Assembly (NCBI RefSeq): GCF_006345805.1
Contig: NC_042998.1
Coordinates: 111,600,001 to 111,664,000, forward strand
Direction: 5' to 3'
Length of the DNA stretch: 64,000 nucleotides
From: Octopus sinensis
Lineage: Eukaryota
A program made the position numbers and the translations under genes. Shown here in pieces: positions 15,695 to 28,889 of this stretch. The notes beneath the pieces were generated by a model that saw only the letters and a program-made list of their open reading frames with translations, had not been told where the DNA came from and ran no database searches. How positions within the stretch are numbered: the stretch's first letter is position 1; each line of letters opens with the position of its first letter.

Positions 15695-16019
15695 CATCAT
15701 CATCATCATCGTCGTTTAACGTCCGTTCTCCATGCTAGCATGGGTTGGACGGTTCGACCGGGGTTCTGGGAAGCCAGAAGGCTGCACCAGGCTCCAGTCT
15801 AATTTGGCAATGTTTCTACAGCTGGATGCCCTTCCTAACGCCAACCACTCCGTGAGTGTAGTGGGTGCTTTTTACGTGCCACCTGCACAGGTGCCAGGCG
15901 GGGCTGGCAACGGCCACGGTCAGATTGGTGTATTTTATGTGCCACCGGCACGGAAGCCAGTCGAGGCGGTGCTGGCATCGGCCACGAGTCGGATAGTGCT
16001 TTTTACGTACCACCAGACC

Positions 16020-16020
<1 letters not shown>
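15695..16020 (-). mobile_element. Retroposon 3' part with RTE-like tail and internal subrepeats
   Basis: Minus strand reads GTTGGCGTTAGGAAGGGCATCCAGC..CCAACCCATGCTAGCATGG..GGACGTTAAACGACGATGATGATG, with a (GAT)n tail; three copies of a TTTTA(C/T)GT(G/A)CCACC motif. Confidence 0.75.
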
Positions 16021-16065
<45 letters not shown>

Positions 16066-16199
16066 GTATGCTGGCTATTAGGAAAGTTCTGACAAGTTCT
16101 TTCCAGCATCCTTTCTCGGTGTGAAACTCTTTTATGAGATGCTGAAAAGAAGGATGGTAAGTTTCCTACCGGTGAATGAATTCATTAAAACCCTAGTTT

Positions 16200-16560
16200 A
16201 CAAATTCAGTGTCACGGTTTTCCCAAGTTGCCATGAACAAGTCCAGACGATTGAAGCTTTATTCAGCATATTAAGAGCTGAAAAAAAAAAGAACTGCTAA
16301 TTGGGTTGGTCTCACAAATAAATATAGAGCGCTAGTAAAATCGTTGAGGCTGCAGAGAACAACCGAGAATTAAATGATGTGAATACTGTTGCAATACGAG
16401 ACTCACAACCGCGACGAGGATGTGTTCTAGCCAAACTGATATTCTTCCAGAACAAGAGAAACGGGAGAAATTTGTGACCAAAGGAATCCAGCTTATTGAG
16501 GAATAACGCAGTGCTAAAACCATTACCTTAAGAAACCAATGTCCATGACCGCATGAGAAA
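16200..16560 (-). mobile_element. Highly decayed CR1/L2-like reverse transcriptase remnant
   Basis: Minus-strand pieces LFLNKLDSFG and VWLEHIL..LGCSLQPQRF loosely resemble RT domains 3-4. Confidence 0.35.
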
Positions 16561-16732
16561 TATCTTAATAGAGTAGTTATTTTTTTACTTGTTTCAGTAA
16601 TTTCACTGGGGTCATGCTGCAGCACCGCCTTGAAGGATTTTAGTCTAATAAACAAACACACACACACACACACACACACACAAAACACACACACACATGC
16701 ATACATAGATACAGACAGACTGACAGACAGAC

Positions 16733-17536
16733 AAATAGCCGGATTACTACCTCCCACTTTGAAGAGTATGCGTTTGTAATCCAGGTGCAGGAAATATCAA
16801 CCAAGTACCTGTTGCACAAAAGGGATAGAGATGCAGGAAAAGCCATAAAATGTGATAACCGATGCAGACTTTGTGGAGTTCACACTGAAGATATCACCTA
16901 CATCATAAGCAATTGTCCGAAAATGTGATCACGGTTTTATCTACCGATGAGACATGACGTTGTAGCTAGCACACTCTATAATGAAATTCTTCGGAAGGAT
17001 AATCCTGACGACAAAGAATTAAAAACATACAATATGGTAGAAGCCATAGCCACTCATAATAAAAAGGAATACTGGTGGAATGTACTAGTGAAGACCTCAA
17101 TAAAATGAAAGCACAACAGACCTGATATAATGATTTGGGATAGAAAAAAAAATGTGCACAGTTGTGGAAATTAGCTGCCTAGTGGATGTTAATATAAAGC
17201 TGAAGATCAACGTAAAAGAAAATACCTACGCTGAACCATTGAGAAATCTGCAGTTACTCAATCTAAATTACAAGTTCAGGTTTATACCTGTAATTATTGG
17301 GACCCTGGGATATATAACACACTGCCTAAATACCAATTTTGAGGAATTAGGCTTCTCAAAACCAGAAAGCAGAAAGCTAATTCGAAGACTACGGATGCAA
17401 TCCATCACTGGAACTGCAAAAATCTGTAAAACTTTCCAGAAGTTTATTATTATTTAAATATATATGAGCATGTCTAGATATGCAACTATATGCATGAGAA
17501 TACATATATAAAACATAAATCTGTACATACATACAT

Positions 17537-17591
<55 letters not shown>

Positions 17592-17717
17592 TAAATACAT
17601 ATATACAAAAATACTTTGTTGTTGATGTTGAAATTCCAATGAAAGAACCTTGGATCTAGGTTAGAAACCGATTCTTTTTCTATTGACAAGAAATCTTAAA
17701 ATAAACTGAATAAGGAC
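16733..17717 (+). mobile_element. RLE LINE family B fragment (CCHC knuckle, RLE domain, 3' UTR)
   Basis: RITTSHFEEYAFVIQVQEISTKY..CDNRCRLCG; ORF 17152..17457 closely matches copy 226-777; UTR contains (CAGA)n; (CATA)n tail at 17718-17890. Confidence 0.88.
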
Positions 17718-18244
17718 ATACATACATGCATAGATACGTACGTACGTACATACATACATACATACATACATACATACATACATACATACATACATACATG
17801 CATGCATGCATGCATGCATGCATACATACATACATACATACATACATACATACATACATACATACATACATACATACATACATACATACATCAAGCTGGA
17901 GGAGATGTCCTTCTGGGGTTAAAAAAACTGTAGTAACAGCCATGTTGAAATGACAACAAACATTACTTTTCAGTATTGTTAATACTTACATCTCTTATAG
18001 AGATTTTAGAACTAGCAACTTTGTTTGTTGCAAAATCAGCGGCTAAATGTCGCTTGATTTTCTTATGTTACGAACTAGGACGAATGACTTCTATGTCTAG
18101 CAGTCCAGTACTGACTTAGAGAAATACCCTGAAACCTGACCGTTATACTTGTCTTGTCACCGATAGATGGTAGGGGTTCGCTCCCCTGCACAGATTGTGT
18201 CGCTAACCAGCTGGAGGAGATGTCCGTCGTCATCGTCGTCGTTG

Positions 18245-18562
18245 TTGTTGTTGTTTGTTTGTTTGTTCCCTCTCGAGCCATACCTAACTGATAACGATCG
18301 GTTTCCTGGTTTCATTGGCATATAGGTTCCTCACCTGAACGAGACGCCGGTCCGTCGCAGGTGAGCTGCTAGATGCTGGAGGAAAGAGTGAGAGAAAGTT
18401 GTAACGAAAGAGTCAGCAGAAGTTCGCCATTACCTTCTGCCGGAGCCGCGTTGTGCTTAGGTGTTTCACTCATAAACACACGCATCGCCCGGTCTGACAT
18501 TCAAACCCGCGATCCCTCGACCGCAAGTCCGCTGCTCTAACCACTAGGCCATGTACCTCCAC
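18245..18562 (-). mobile_element. tRNA-derived SINE, family S3
   Basis: Minus head TGTGGAGGTACATGGCCTAGTGGTTAGAGCAGCGG (A box) ..GGGTTTGAAT (degenerate B box); (AAAC)n/(AAC)n tail. Confidence 0.85.
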
Positions 18563-19447
18563 ATTTCTAAAATATAACTGACGACATTAAAAAAACTTCT
18601 CCATGATGCACTAAACAACAATTCAGGGCAAAGCAATGCGTATCAACACCATGTTGCACCTTTCTGGAGGATTTTTACATAATAGGTGAGAAGACAGTGC
18701 TGACGCATACTCAAAGAAAAGTCAGGACACAAGCTTCTGGCAAATATATTGCATATATTCCTTTTAATTCAGGATTCCGAAGAATTTTATTAGCACATCA
18801 TTAATACATCAAATTTCGTGGAATAAGTGGAGAAATATATGCAAAGTTCTTTATAGTTCTATATCGGTATTGAAACGACCAAAGTTTCTAGTAAGGTCTT
18901 CTCAGAATTCCTCTATATATATTTACGTCGCTAGCTCCCTTGTAAAAGAGCATACGCATCACAGCTTCCATTTTTATTTTAAAATCTCCAGACTTCATCT
19001 TCTTTGCCTGTAGGTAAGAAAAACAAATTGGTATTTACAGCTCCATAGGTTTAACAATCAAAATCTTATCTAAAAATTTTCTGTTTAGATGGAATTTTAA
19101 AAAGAAATAAAAAAACATCAACAACTCAGTTTTCAAACGAAAAAACAAAACACAAGACTATTTTCTATTTCTCTTAAAGCTACTAAAAGGAAAACCTGTG
19201 GCTGTGTTTTAATAAACAAGAAATATAGAAATATATTTCAATAAATAAAATGATTATTTTCTAAGAGAGAAGAATAAATTTAACGACTTGTTGCTTTCCA
19301 GTAAAATACATTTTTTATTTATATATATCTTTTAGGCATGTATGTTTATGTATAGGAAATACATACATGCATAGACGCATACACACACACAAACGCACAC
19401 GCATAATATATATATGTATATATATACATATATCTGTGTATATATAC

Positions 19448-19501
<54 letters not shown>

Positions 19502-19612
19502 TATATATACATATATATATATATATTCACACGCAGTTTTGTTGTCGCCTTAAGAATTGCATTGGACAGGAAATCTTAGTGATGTAGTGAATCACCACGC
19601 TAATGTTTATAA

Positions 19613-19699
<87 letters not shown>

Positions 19700-20458
19700 T
19701 GTATCTATATATTTATTTATAATATATAGACGTATATAAATATATATACATATATACATGCATTCGCGGGAGAAGACAGGGCAGGGCGACCGACGCGGCG
19801 GCGATGCGCGCAGAGCTCATAAATAGTACATGTCCGTGTGTTTGTGTGTGCGCGCGTCATATTCGTCAAGTCTTGTAGATGTAACGAGGATACTTGTTCA
19901 TACAAAAGTTTACTAAAGGCCTCCATGAAATGAGGAAAGTTTCGAATTTCAAAACAATAATATAGATAAATATTGGAAATAGAACTTAAATCAAGTAACA
20001 GGTGAAATATAAACCTTGGTGCATACTTTGAACTAACTATACATATCTAAATTATATTTCTCTTAACATAGATCTATGTTTCTCACAGAGAAGCGTATGC
20101 ATAGACTCATAAATGCACATCTCGCAATCACTACCAGATAATAAACTGAGCAATGTGACAGAGTGTCTCTGGTTTTCGTTGTACCACATAATTTTATTGC
20201 TTACGCTTAGTCTGGTGGGAAGGCAATGCCGATGACCCTTTGTAGAGTCTCCCAGACTGGTGGAAGTGACGAATATATCCTCTAACCAGAAGATCTGACT
20301 TGAATGCATACAACAGAGCGAATTCCACAATGATATCCAAGGACAAGGGGGTGCTGTTAAACCGGGTGAAGGATTGCACATAAATAGATAAATAGCCTGT
20401 GTTTGAGTTTCCTCGAATGTTCGGTAGGTCTCGGAGGATTTCAGTATCCTCTCTCTAC

Positions 20459-20529
<71 letters not shown>

Positions 20530-21179
20530 CCCCTCTCGAGTGTTTAAAAACCAATATAACACTCATGTTATTCTCGCTGAGCAAGGTAATGTATATTTAT
20601 GTAATTTCATATTAGAATGTCTTTTTCCTCGATGGTACACGTTAGTTTGGGAATATTCTTGATTTTTGGGATTATCTCCCTTCTCATATGGTGTTCGTCA
20701 CAATAACCGTAAGGTATTTACTTACTCATCTCTCTAAGGGAAAATATTTTCAATAAATCAAGAACATATATTTATTACATTTGATATAACTTTATTCATC
20801 CTTATTGTCCTGATTGATGCTATTGTCCATTTTGAATTATTTCACTAAACACTTGAGCTGTGTAGAGGGTTGGTAATTGCAGGAGGTGAACAATTTTCTA
20901 GACCGGAGGAGACAAGTTAGGCTTTGAAGTGAAGAAGTAAAGTTATAGACACATATGCTTTCGCTATGAGAGATCCTCAGAAATATTTGGAGTAATCTCG
21001 CCACGTGCTTCTTATGTTTAAAGGATATTATCTTGATATGAACAGTACTTGTATTTTCTTCATATGAGCAGTGCTCAGTGTTGGTGTTCTATTTGTTCTT
21101 CTTGAAGACAGCTTTGGCACGGCCCCGTTGGAGGATGCTTTTGAGAGATTTCTGTCAAGGAATTCAGTGCAAATTTTGC

Positions 21180-21540
21180 ATCAGGTATCTAGGTTATCTG
21201 GCAATAGCTTTTGAATGGAGAAAGATAGAAAATATTGAAGTGTAATATCACCTATGTAACAGTAATCGTTGCAGGCTGTGACGGCATATATGTCCTTGAT
21301 GTATAGAAAAGGGTTGGGGTAGAATCTAATCCTAGCGCACACCGGAGTTGAGTGGAAATCAAAAGGAGCTTCGTTAACACAGGTTGCTCACTGTGATTTG
21401 AAAGGAAGTTACCAAGCCAAGAGATAAAAGATGCATAAAGCTTGTAAGCTGTTAGTTTTGATAAGAGATTAGCAAGCTAGTCATAGTTGTTGATGTCGAG
21501 GCCAACAATATGGCTTCTCCCAAATATCCCCAGGATGAAA
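21180..21540 (-). mobile_element. Decayed CR1/L2/Jockey-like reverse transcriptase remnant
   Basis: LDINNYD..LLSKLTAY..ISWLGNFL..NSGV..G..YIKDIY..YCYIGDITL aligns with the LDxxxAFD / NSGVPQGS / YADD motifs across frameshifts. Confidence 0.6.
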
Positions 21541-22397
21541 CACGCTGGTGAATGACATTGTGTAAAAACAATTATGTTTATGTAATAAAAATCTGTGTGA
21601 AAATTCATTCCATGTCTTACGGTTGTCATTGTCAGAAGAAACACATCACGTAGCAAATTCGTACAGATTTTACGTTTTGCCAACTCACGATGAAAATTGA
21701 AACCAACAAGACCTAGTCTTGCAGTTAATGACTGCATTAACAACCTGATAATTGCAACATTATAAAACCATAAGAGGACATTAATTATCTAATGTTTCTA
21801 AGGGTTATCTCATTAAAATATCTCAATTAGTGGTTTGCAGTTTTTCCCTTTTTTTTTTTTTTTAACCTGATATTTGCTGAGATAAATATCATTTAAAATA
21901 TTTTTTTATTTTGTTTTAGTTTTATTATTTGCAGTTCAATTTTATGTTACCGAAAGCAAATTCACTTGTTTTTCTTAGATGGTCCTTTAATTCATTGCCG
22001 TTTTAAATATGCTCTATAAAGTTAAAACACTCGTCAATCACGATCTTCAAAATATTTGGTATGTATTTTTCGATTACAGAAATAAATACAAATCAGAAGT
22101 TTAAAAACAAGATACATCACAAACTATTATTGAAAACCTGCATTTCTTATTACTTACTTAAACTTTTTGTACCAAAATGTCTTTACAAAGAAAAATATGT
22201 GCTTAGATTTAGTTTATGTCTTGCGGCTCTCAGCCATCTCGCAACGTAATTGTTAAAATTATTTCAGAAAGCTAGAAGAATGCAAGTTGGAAATAAAAGA
22301 ATGAAATGAAATGAAAGCAGATACAAAGTAAAACAAAGCAAGGGTTAATATTTTTACTATACATTTCAACATCTTGGAGTTTCATTGCACACACAAG

Positions 22398-22429
<32 letters not shown>

Positions 22430-22467
22430 AATGTATGTATGTGTTATGTATGTATATGTGTATGTAT

Positions 22468-22538
22468 GTCATTATTCAGTATTATTTCCAAGGCTCCTTC
22501 ATTGGGATTTCAACATCAACAAGGTATTTTTGCTTGTA
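22468..22538 (-). mobile_element. Minimal 3' UTR fragment of RLE family B inside (TATG)n
   Basis: Minus strand AAAAATACCTTGTTGATGTTGAAATCCCAATGAAGGAGCCTTGG..ACTGAATAATGAC matches 17607-17717 with an internal deletion. Confidence 0.75.
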
Positions 22539-22639
22539 TGCTTGTATAAATGTATATATGTATGTGTGTATGTATGTATGCATGCATGCATGTATGTATG
22601 TGTGTATGTACGTACGTGTGTGTGTGTGTGTTAAATAAA

Positions 22640-23400
22640 ATTAGACAACAAAACCAAAGCTGTGCGGAATTTTCAGGACATTTATAAAGAGAAAGTTAGT
22701 CTTACAGCTGCTTCTGGGATATTAGGGATATCCCTTCATCAGAGACGATATGAGATGGTTAAATAGAGGGAAATATTAGAGTTCAATATGAAAAGTTATT
22801 TAGGAAAAGGAAGCAAATAAGGAGTATATAGGGAAATAGGAGAATGAATATAGAAATAAAAATAAAAATGTATTAAGATGTTATAGTTGCAGTTCCATTA
22901 TCCTAGGAAAGTGGTGTGTAGGAGTGATAGAAATGCTTCCTGTCCATGGTATGTAAATTCCAATAGGAATTCATATTTTGTCACCACGAATGGAAAGTGT
23001 GAAGACGTAGATTCCATGTGCTGTTCATTCAAAGGGGTCTTGTGGTGTGAATGAAAATTTGAGAATGTAGTGGTAGTATTAAGTGGATAGAGAGGGGAGA
23101 AGATATGTGTATATTAAAATGAAGACAGAGGGTAAAGGAAAAGGGTGAGAAAAGAAGGAAATAAAGAGGAAGAGAAAATGAAAACTAGAAGACAAAATAA
23201 AAAAGTTTCAGAAAGTGATAGACGTGAAAAAGGAGTGTTAGTTGGTGATCAAGATATTATGAGGGGGGATGAGAGAGGAATAGGGGAGAAGTAGGAAGAG
23301 ATAAGAATGTAAGCAATGAATATGTGTGAGATGTGTGAGATGTGTGCGGTGGGGTGATATGTTAGAATGGCATTAAAGGATGGATACAGAAAAAAGTATA
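22640..23400 (-). mobile_element. Probable Penelope-like element 3' remnant
   Basis: Carries a decayed hammerhead motif; a weak EAFLSLLHTTF.G segment resembles the GIY-YIG C-terminus; purine-skewed flank. Confidence 0.4.
22699..22746 (-). ncRNA. Decayed minimal type I hammerhead ribozyme
   Basis: GTCT-CTGATGA-AGGGAT..ATCCCA-GAAG-CAGCTG-TA-AGAC: stem I pairs and stem III is palindromic, but GAAA is mutated to GAAG. Confidence 0.6.
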
Positions 23401-23717
23401 GGAGTGTTTTCTAAAGTTAGTAGTAAACCACAAAACGGAAAAGAAGAATACTAAGAATGGTCAAGTTTCTATAAATAGACTTATGTGTTTATTCTACTGG
23501 CTAATGTGATACTGTGGGTGGAGGAATCAGAAAGAAAGAAAGAAAGAAAGACAGAAAGAAAGAAAGAAAGAATGAAAGACAGAAAGAAAGAAAGAAAAAA
23601 AGAAAGAAAGAAGTGTATATCGAAATACGCACGTACACATGTACATGTATGTAAGTGTGTATGCATTATTATATAGGCCCGCGTACTTGCGTATTTAAAC
23701 CCGTACGTACACATGCA

Positions 23718-23755
<38 letters not shown>

Positions 23756-23919
23756 CACACACATACATATACACCTATGTACATATACACACATAGGCAT
23801 GCATGCATACACATACATGTACAAACGTACATATACATACACATATATATGCTTACACATGTATGTTTTGTGTTTATATATGTGTGTGCGCGTATATATG
23901 TATGTATGTATGCATATAT

Positions 23920-24257
23920 TGTATAGTGAAACTGTACACCCCTCCCGGTAAATAGTGTTAGTAACTAACCATTATAAATTGACCAGTAGCCGGTCGACAG
24001 GAGAAGGCCGGAAGGTCGAGAGTACGTGTAGACTGTGTTGATAGTCGTGTCTGTGCTGATATCTTAATTATACTGTGATACTGAGTGGACGTTACATCGA
24101 TGCAACCTTTTGGGGATGATAACACTGTACTACTGGGGGTCGTACAGTGCCAGATAGAACCATTCTATCGACGATTTCGGAATATAACAATATCTCTCAG
24201 AGCGACAATCGTCGTCAAAAGACAGATATAACAGTGGCAAAAGACCACTTTACGACA
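23920..24257 (+). repeat. 5' LTR of the Gypsy element (3' limit approximate)
   Basis: Starts TGTATAGTGAAACTGTACACCCTCCC, matching 28717-28743; followed by PBS-like TGGGCAACGAGG at 24259-24270. Confidence 0.7.
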
Positions 24258-24410
24258 GTGGGCAACGAGGAAAAACAAATTTACGCGGAGTGAAGAAAAA
24301 ACATTCACACGGAGAGTTAATTCACATGGAAAATTCAATTCGACAAAAAAAAAAAGAAAGAAAAATCTTGTGCAAACTTACGAAAATCATAAAATATGGA
24401 ACACTCCAGA

Positions 24411-24581
24411 GGCGCGGGAGTGGCTGTGTGGTAATTAGTTTGCTAACCAGCCACATGGTTCCGGGTTCAGTCCCACTGCGTGGCATCTTGGGCAAGTGTC
24501 TTCTGCTATAGCCCCGGGCCGACCAATGCCTTGTGAGTGAATTTGGTAGACAGAAACTGAAAGAAGCCTGTCGAATATATG

Positions 24582-24612
<31 letters not shown>

Positions 24613-24850
24613 ATGTGTGTCTGTGTTTGTGTGTCTGTGTTTGTCCCTCTAGCATTGCTTGTCAACCGATGCTGGTGTGTTTACGTCCCCGTCACTCAGC
24701 GGTTCGGCAAAAAGAGCCCGATAGAATAAGTACTGGGCTTACAAAGAATAAGTCCCGAGGTCGATTTGCTCGACTAAAGGCGGTGCTCCAGCATGGCCGC
24801 AGTCAAATGACTGAAACAAGTAAAAGAGTAAAAAGAAAGTAAAAGAGTAC
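24411..24850 (+). mobile_element. SINE family S1 inserted into the gag start
   Basis: Full-length match to 10740-11149; splits ATG GAA CAC from TTG TTG GCT GGG. Confidence 0.92.
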
Positions 24851-27800
24851 TTGTTGGCTGGGATAGTTGAGCTACAAAAACAACAACAACAACTCAATGA
24901 ACAACGAGAACAACAACAAGGATTACAGCGGCAAATATTGCAACTAATGAGGTTGATTACCAAATTGGAGAATACATTTCCACCTGACCATGTAACAAAT
25001 TCCATAAGCGAATTCGAATATAACCCTCCCCCCAAGAAGGTAAACCTTCGAGGCTTACTTTCGAAGATTTCAACAAACTTTTGAAAAAGAATGCCAGGAT
25101 TGAACGGACGATGTGAAAACACGACTAGTGTTAAGAAAACTAGCGACAGCAGAGCATGAGAAGAATAGTAACTTCATATTGCCAAAAAAAAAGCGTCCGA
25201 CATAAATTTCACCGACACAGTTGACATTTTGTGCAAAATGTATAGTGAAAAGAGCTGACTGTTTAATATAGATGGAAATGTTTAAACATAGAAAAGATGA
25301 AGACTTCACTGCTTACACAGGCAGAGTCAACATAGAATGTAAGAGATTTAGGCTAGATATGCTTACTTCAGATATGCTTACTCCAGATTCTTTCAAGTGC
25401 GCAAGGATGGACAGATAGAAGGGATGCAGAAATCCGAACGGAAATTCTATCAAAACTGGAAAAGAACAGGGGTTTGAATTGCAGAAACTGTCGGAAGTGT
25501 GTGACAGGATATTAAAATTAAGACATGACACGGAAGAAATTCAACGGAAAGTGTGTTTCTACATAAGACCAGTGCAAAACTGTCGGACGGCAAATAAAGT
25601 GTTGCAGAAAAAACAGAAAATATACCGGGATATAGACCCAGTATGACATGTGGTTAGCTGTACCAAAAAAAAAGATGATTGTCCGTATAAAAAAGCAAAG
25701 TGTTTTCGCAGCAGGTTTACATGACATATAAAATTGCACTGCAAAACTAGAATGGTAGGAAAATAAATAGTTTGTCAGCAGGAAACGTTATGACTACAAC
25801 AAGCAGAAAATTCATGAATGTGAGAATTGAAAATACTAGTTTGAGAATGCAATTAGACACAGGAAGTGATATCACAATCATAAATGAGAAAACTTGGGAA
25901 CAAATGGGTAAACCAAAATTATGTAGTTCGAACTAAATAGGGTACGGTGTTACGGGAAGAAAATTATATTTCACGGGCGAACGCGTTTGGAATATAATGA
26001 TCAAAGGTTGAACCAAGAAAGTGAATGTTTATGTGTTGAAAAAATCCATGCATGTATTTGGCACCGAATGTATGGAGAAATTTAATTCATGGATACACTC
26101 ATAAGCGCTCTGTGCAATAACGGGGCAGTTAAACAACCGAACAAGGTCGATGAACTGAAACAAAAAATAAAAGAAACTTACCTAAAAGATTTTCGGGAGG
26201 TTTGGGCTGCTACAAAAAAAAAACAAAAGCAAGAATTGATATCAAAGAAAATTCAACACCCGCTTTCAGGCCCGAATGGAATGCCGTTTGCGGCGGTAGA
26301 CCATGTGAATAAAGAACTAGAAAGGTTGGAAAGCCTGAATATAATTGAAAACATTGACCATGCAGACTGGGCAGCAACGGGGTTCTACGTAAAAAAATAA
26401 TAATAAGCTAAGGGTATGCGTAGACTTCTCAACCGGGTTAAACGACTGTTTACTCACTCACAATTACCCACTTCCGAGCCGAGAAGTATTTGCTAAACTA
26501 AACGGAGGGAAATTTTTTTCGAAGTTAGACCTCTCAGAGGCGTACCTTCAAATTCAGTTAAAGGAAGATTGCACACATCTACTAACAATCAACATGCACA
26601 GTGGATTGTACAAATTCAGACGAGTGTAGTTTGGGGTAAAAGTGGTACCTACCATATTCCAACAAATAACGGATGCTATGTTAAGTGATTGCGACTTTGC
26701 CATCGCATACCTAGATGACATTCGGATAAAAAGCGAGTCTCGGATGCAACATGTCGAACACAAAGAAAGTATTCGAGAGAATAAGTAAGTACGGACTAAA
26801 ACTGACAGAAGAAAAATGCAAATTTTTTATGAAAAAAATAAAATACCTAGATCAAATAATCAACGAAAGTGGATGCAGACCGGACCTAGCAAGGATGACT
26901 GTAATACGAAAGATGCCGCCCCCGACGAACGTGACAATACTACAAGCATTCCTAGATTTGATATATTATTATCAAGTGCATATACCAAAGTGTATATACC
27001 AAGTGTATATACATAAGGTAAGGGCACCACTTAATGAATTATTTTTTTTAAATGCCAAATGGATTTGAATAAAGAAATGCCAGAAAGCATTTAGCGTGTT
27101 AAAAGATGCGTTAACTTCAGACTTGTATCTTACGCATTCCGATCCAAAATTAGAGATATTACTACTTACAGATGCTAGTGATTATGGGATAGGAGCCGTG
27201 CTCCTAAACAAGGATAACGAGGACAAGGGAAAGGCTATAGCTCACACATCAATGACATTATTACCGGTGAAAAGGAGCTATAGCCAGATTGAAAAAGAGG
27301 CGTTGACTTTTATATTTGGCGTGAAAAAGTTTCACAGGTTCATTCAAGGCTTAACTTTTTTCAAACGGGCCATAGACTTCTAATAACGATATACGGATCC
27401 AAGAAAGAAATATCGACACATACAGCAAACAGACTGTAGCGGTGGGGTACCATTCTATTAAACTACGATTATAGAAAGGAATATCTGCCTTCACAAGAGT
27501 TGGGACATGCCGATAGTCAGTCTAGGCTAATTCCGAGAAATAACGAAAACAGTATTACATTAGCGCTAAGAGCAGAAGAGGAAACATGATGTGGAACATC
27601 GTGCGTGAACTACCAGTCACTTTGGAAGAAATATAAAGAAATATGAGATATGATGAATTTATTAATAGGACAAAAAGAAAATTGTAGTGAACAAAGGGAA
27701 ATAAAGAGAGCTCTGATGTAAATAACCGCCAAGATGTGAACGTGTGCTCTATATGTGATGGTATACTAATGTACGCTCAGAGGGTGGTCATACTACAGAC

Positions 27801-28699
27801 ATTACAGAAAAGAATGCTAACAGAGTTCCATGTGGGACACCTAGGCATCTCTAGAATGAAAGCGTTGATGCTAAGTTTCGTATACTGACGAAGCATGGAC
27901 AAGAAAGTTGAAAACCTGGTAAAAGGCTGCACAGGATGTGCGCTGGCAGCGAAACTGCCTACCTCAAAATGTGAACCTTGGTAAAAAGTGGAACTACCAT
28001 AATGGCGACTGCATATCAATTTTGCAGGCCCGGTAAATGGGTATTATTACTTAATAGTAGTGGACAGCTATACAAAATGGCCTGAGGTCGCGAGGTGTAA
28101 ACAACCAACTTCATATACAATAATAAATTATTTACACGAGCTGTTCGCAAGATTTGGTGTACCAGATATAATTGTCTCTGATAACAGAACACATTTTGTA
28201 TCCTGTGAGTTTAAAAGATTCTGCGTGATGTTCACATTAGAGTTCACATTACAGTGCTAGAAAATTATAGCACTGTATCGCCCTAGATCGAATGGAAGGG
28301 CCGAACAGTTCGTGGACACATTCAAGAAAGCTTTAAAGAAAGCTAATAAGGAAGCTGCGGTTGAGGTCACGATCCAACAATTCTTAAGGGTATACAGGGT
28401 AACTCCGAACCAGATTGCACCAGAAGGAAGTTCACCAGCAAAATTAATGCTTTCCAGAAAGGTGAAGTCAGTATTCGATAAACTGTTACCAGTGAAGAAA
28501 AAAATGTGCTAGTAAAGACATACCAACATTCTTTAGAATCAGTGATAAGATATATGTAAGACTGTACAAAAATGGCAAGCAATACTGGGAAGAAGAAACC
28601 ACACGTACAAGGAAATGAAAGTAGACCCTAAGAAGAAAAGATATTGATATATATAAAAAAAAGAAGCAGGTAGGGTGAATAAAAGAAATTGATTGTTAA

Positions 28700-28743
28700 T
28701 AAAAAAAAGGGGGAGATGTATAGTGAAATTGTATACCCCTCCC
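28700..28743 (+). repeat. Polypurine tract plus 27-bp stub of the 3' LTR
   Basis: AAAAAAAAGGGGGAGA then TGTATAGTGAAATTGTATACCCCTCCC, then (TG)n. Confidence 0.8.
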
Positions 28744-28807
28744 AACGTGTGTGTGTGTGTGTGTGTGTCTGTGTGTGTCTGTGTGTGTCTGTGTGTGTCT
28801 GTGTGTA

Positions 28808-28852
<45 letters not shown>

Positions 28853-28889
28853 GTGCGTGATAAAGAAAATGGAGAGTCTGAACTAAGCA

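Larger units (their letters stand above)
23920..28743 (+). mobile_element. Decayed Ty3/Gypsy LTR retrotransposon (gag-PR-RT-RH-IN)
   Basis: gag (ISEFEYNP, degenerate CCHC at ~25650-25750), protease LDTGSD (25853-25870), RT AYLDDI (~26704), RNase H TDASDYGIGAVL..YSQIEKEAL (27096-27383), integrase HVGHLG..CTGC and VDSYTKWPEV..FGVPDIIVSDN..AEQFVDTFK; many stops and frameshifts. Confidence 0.95.
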
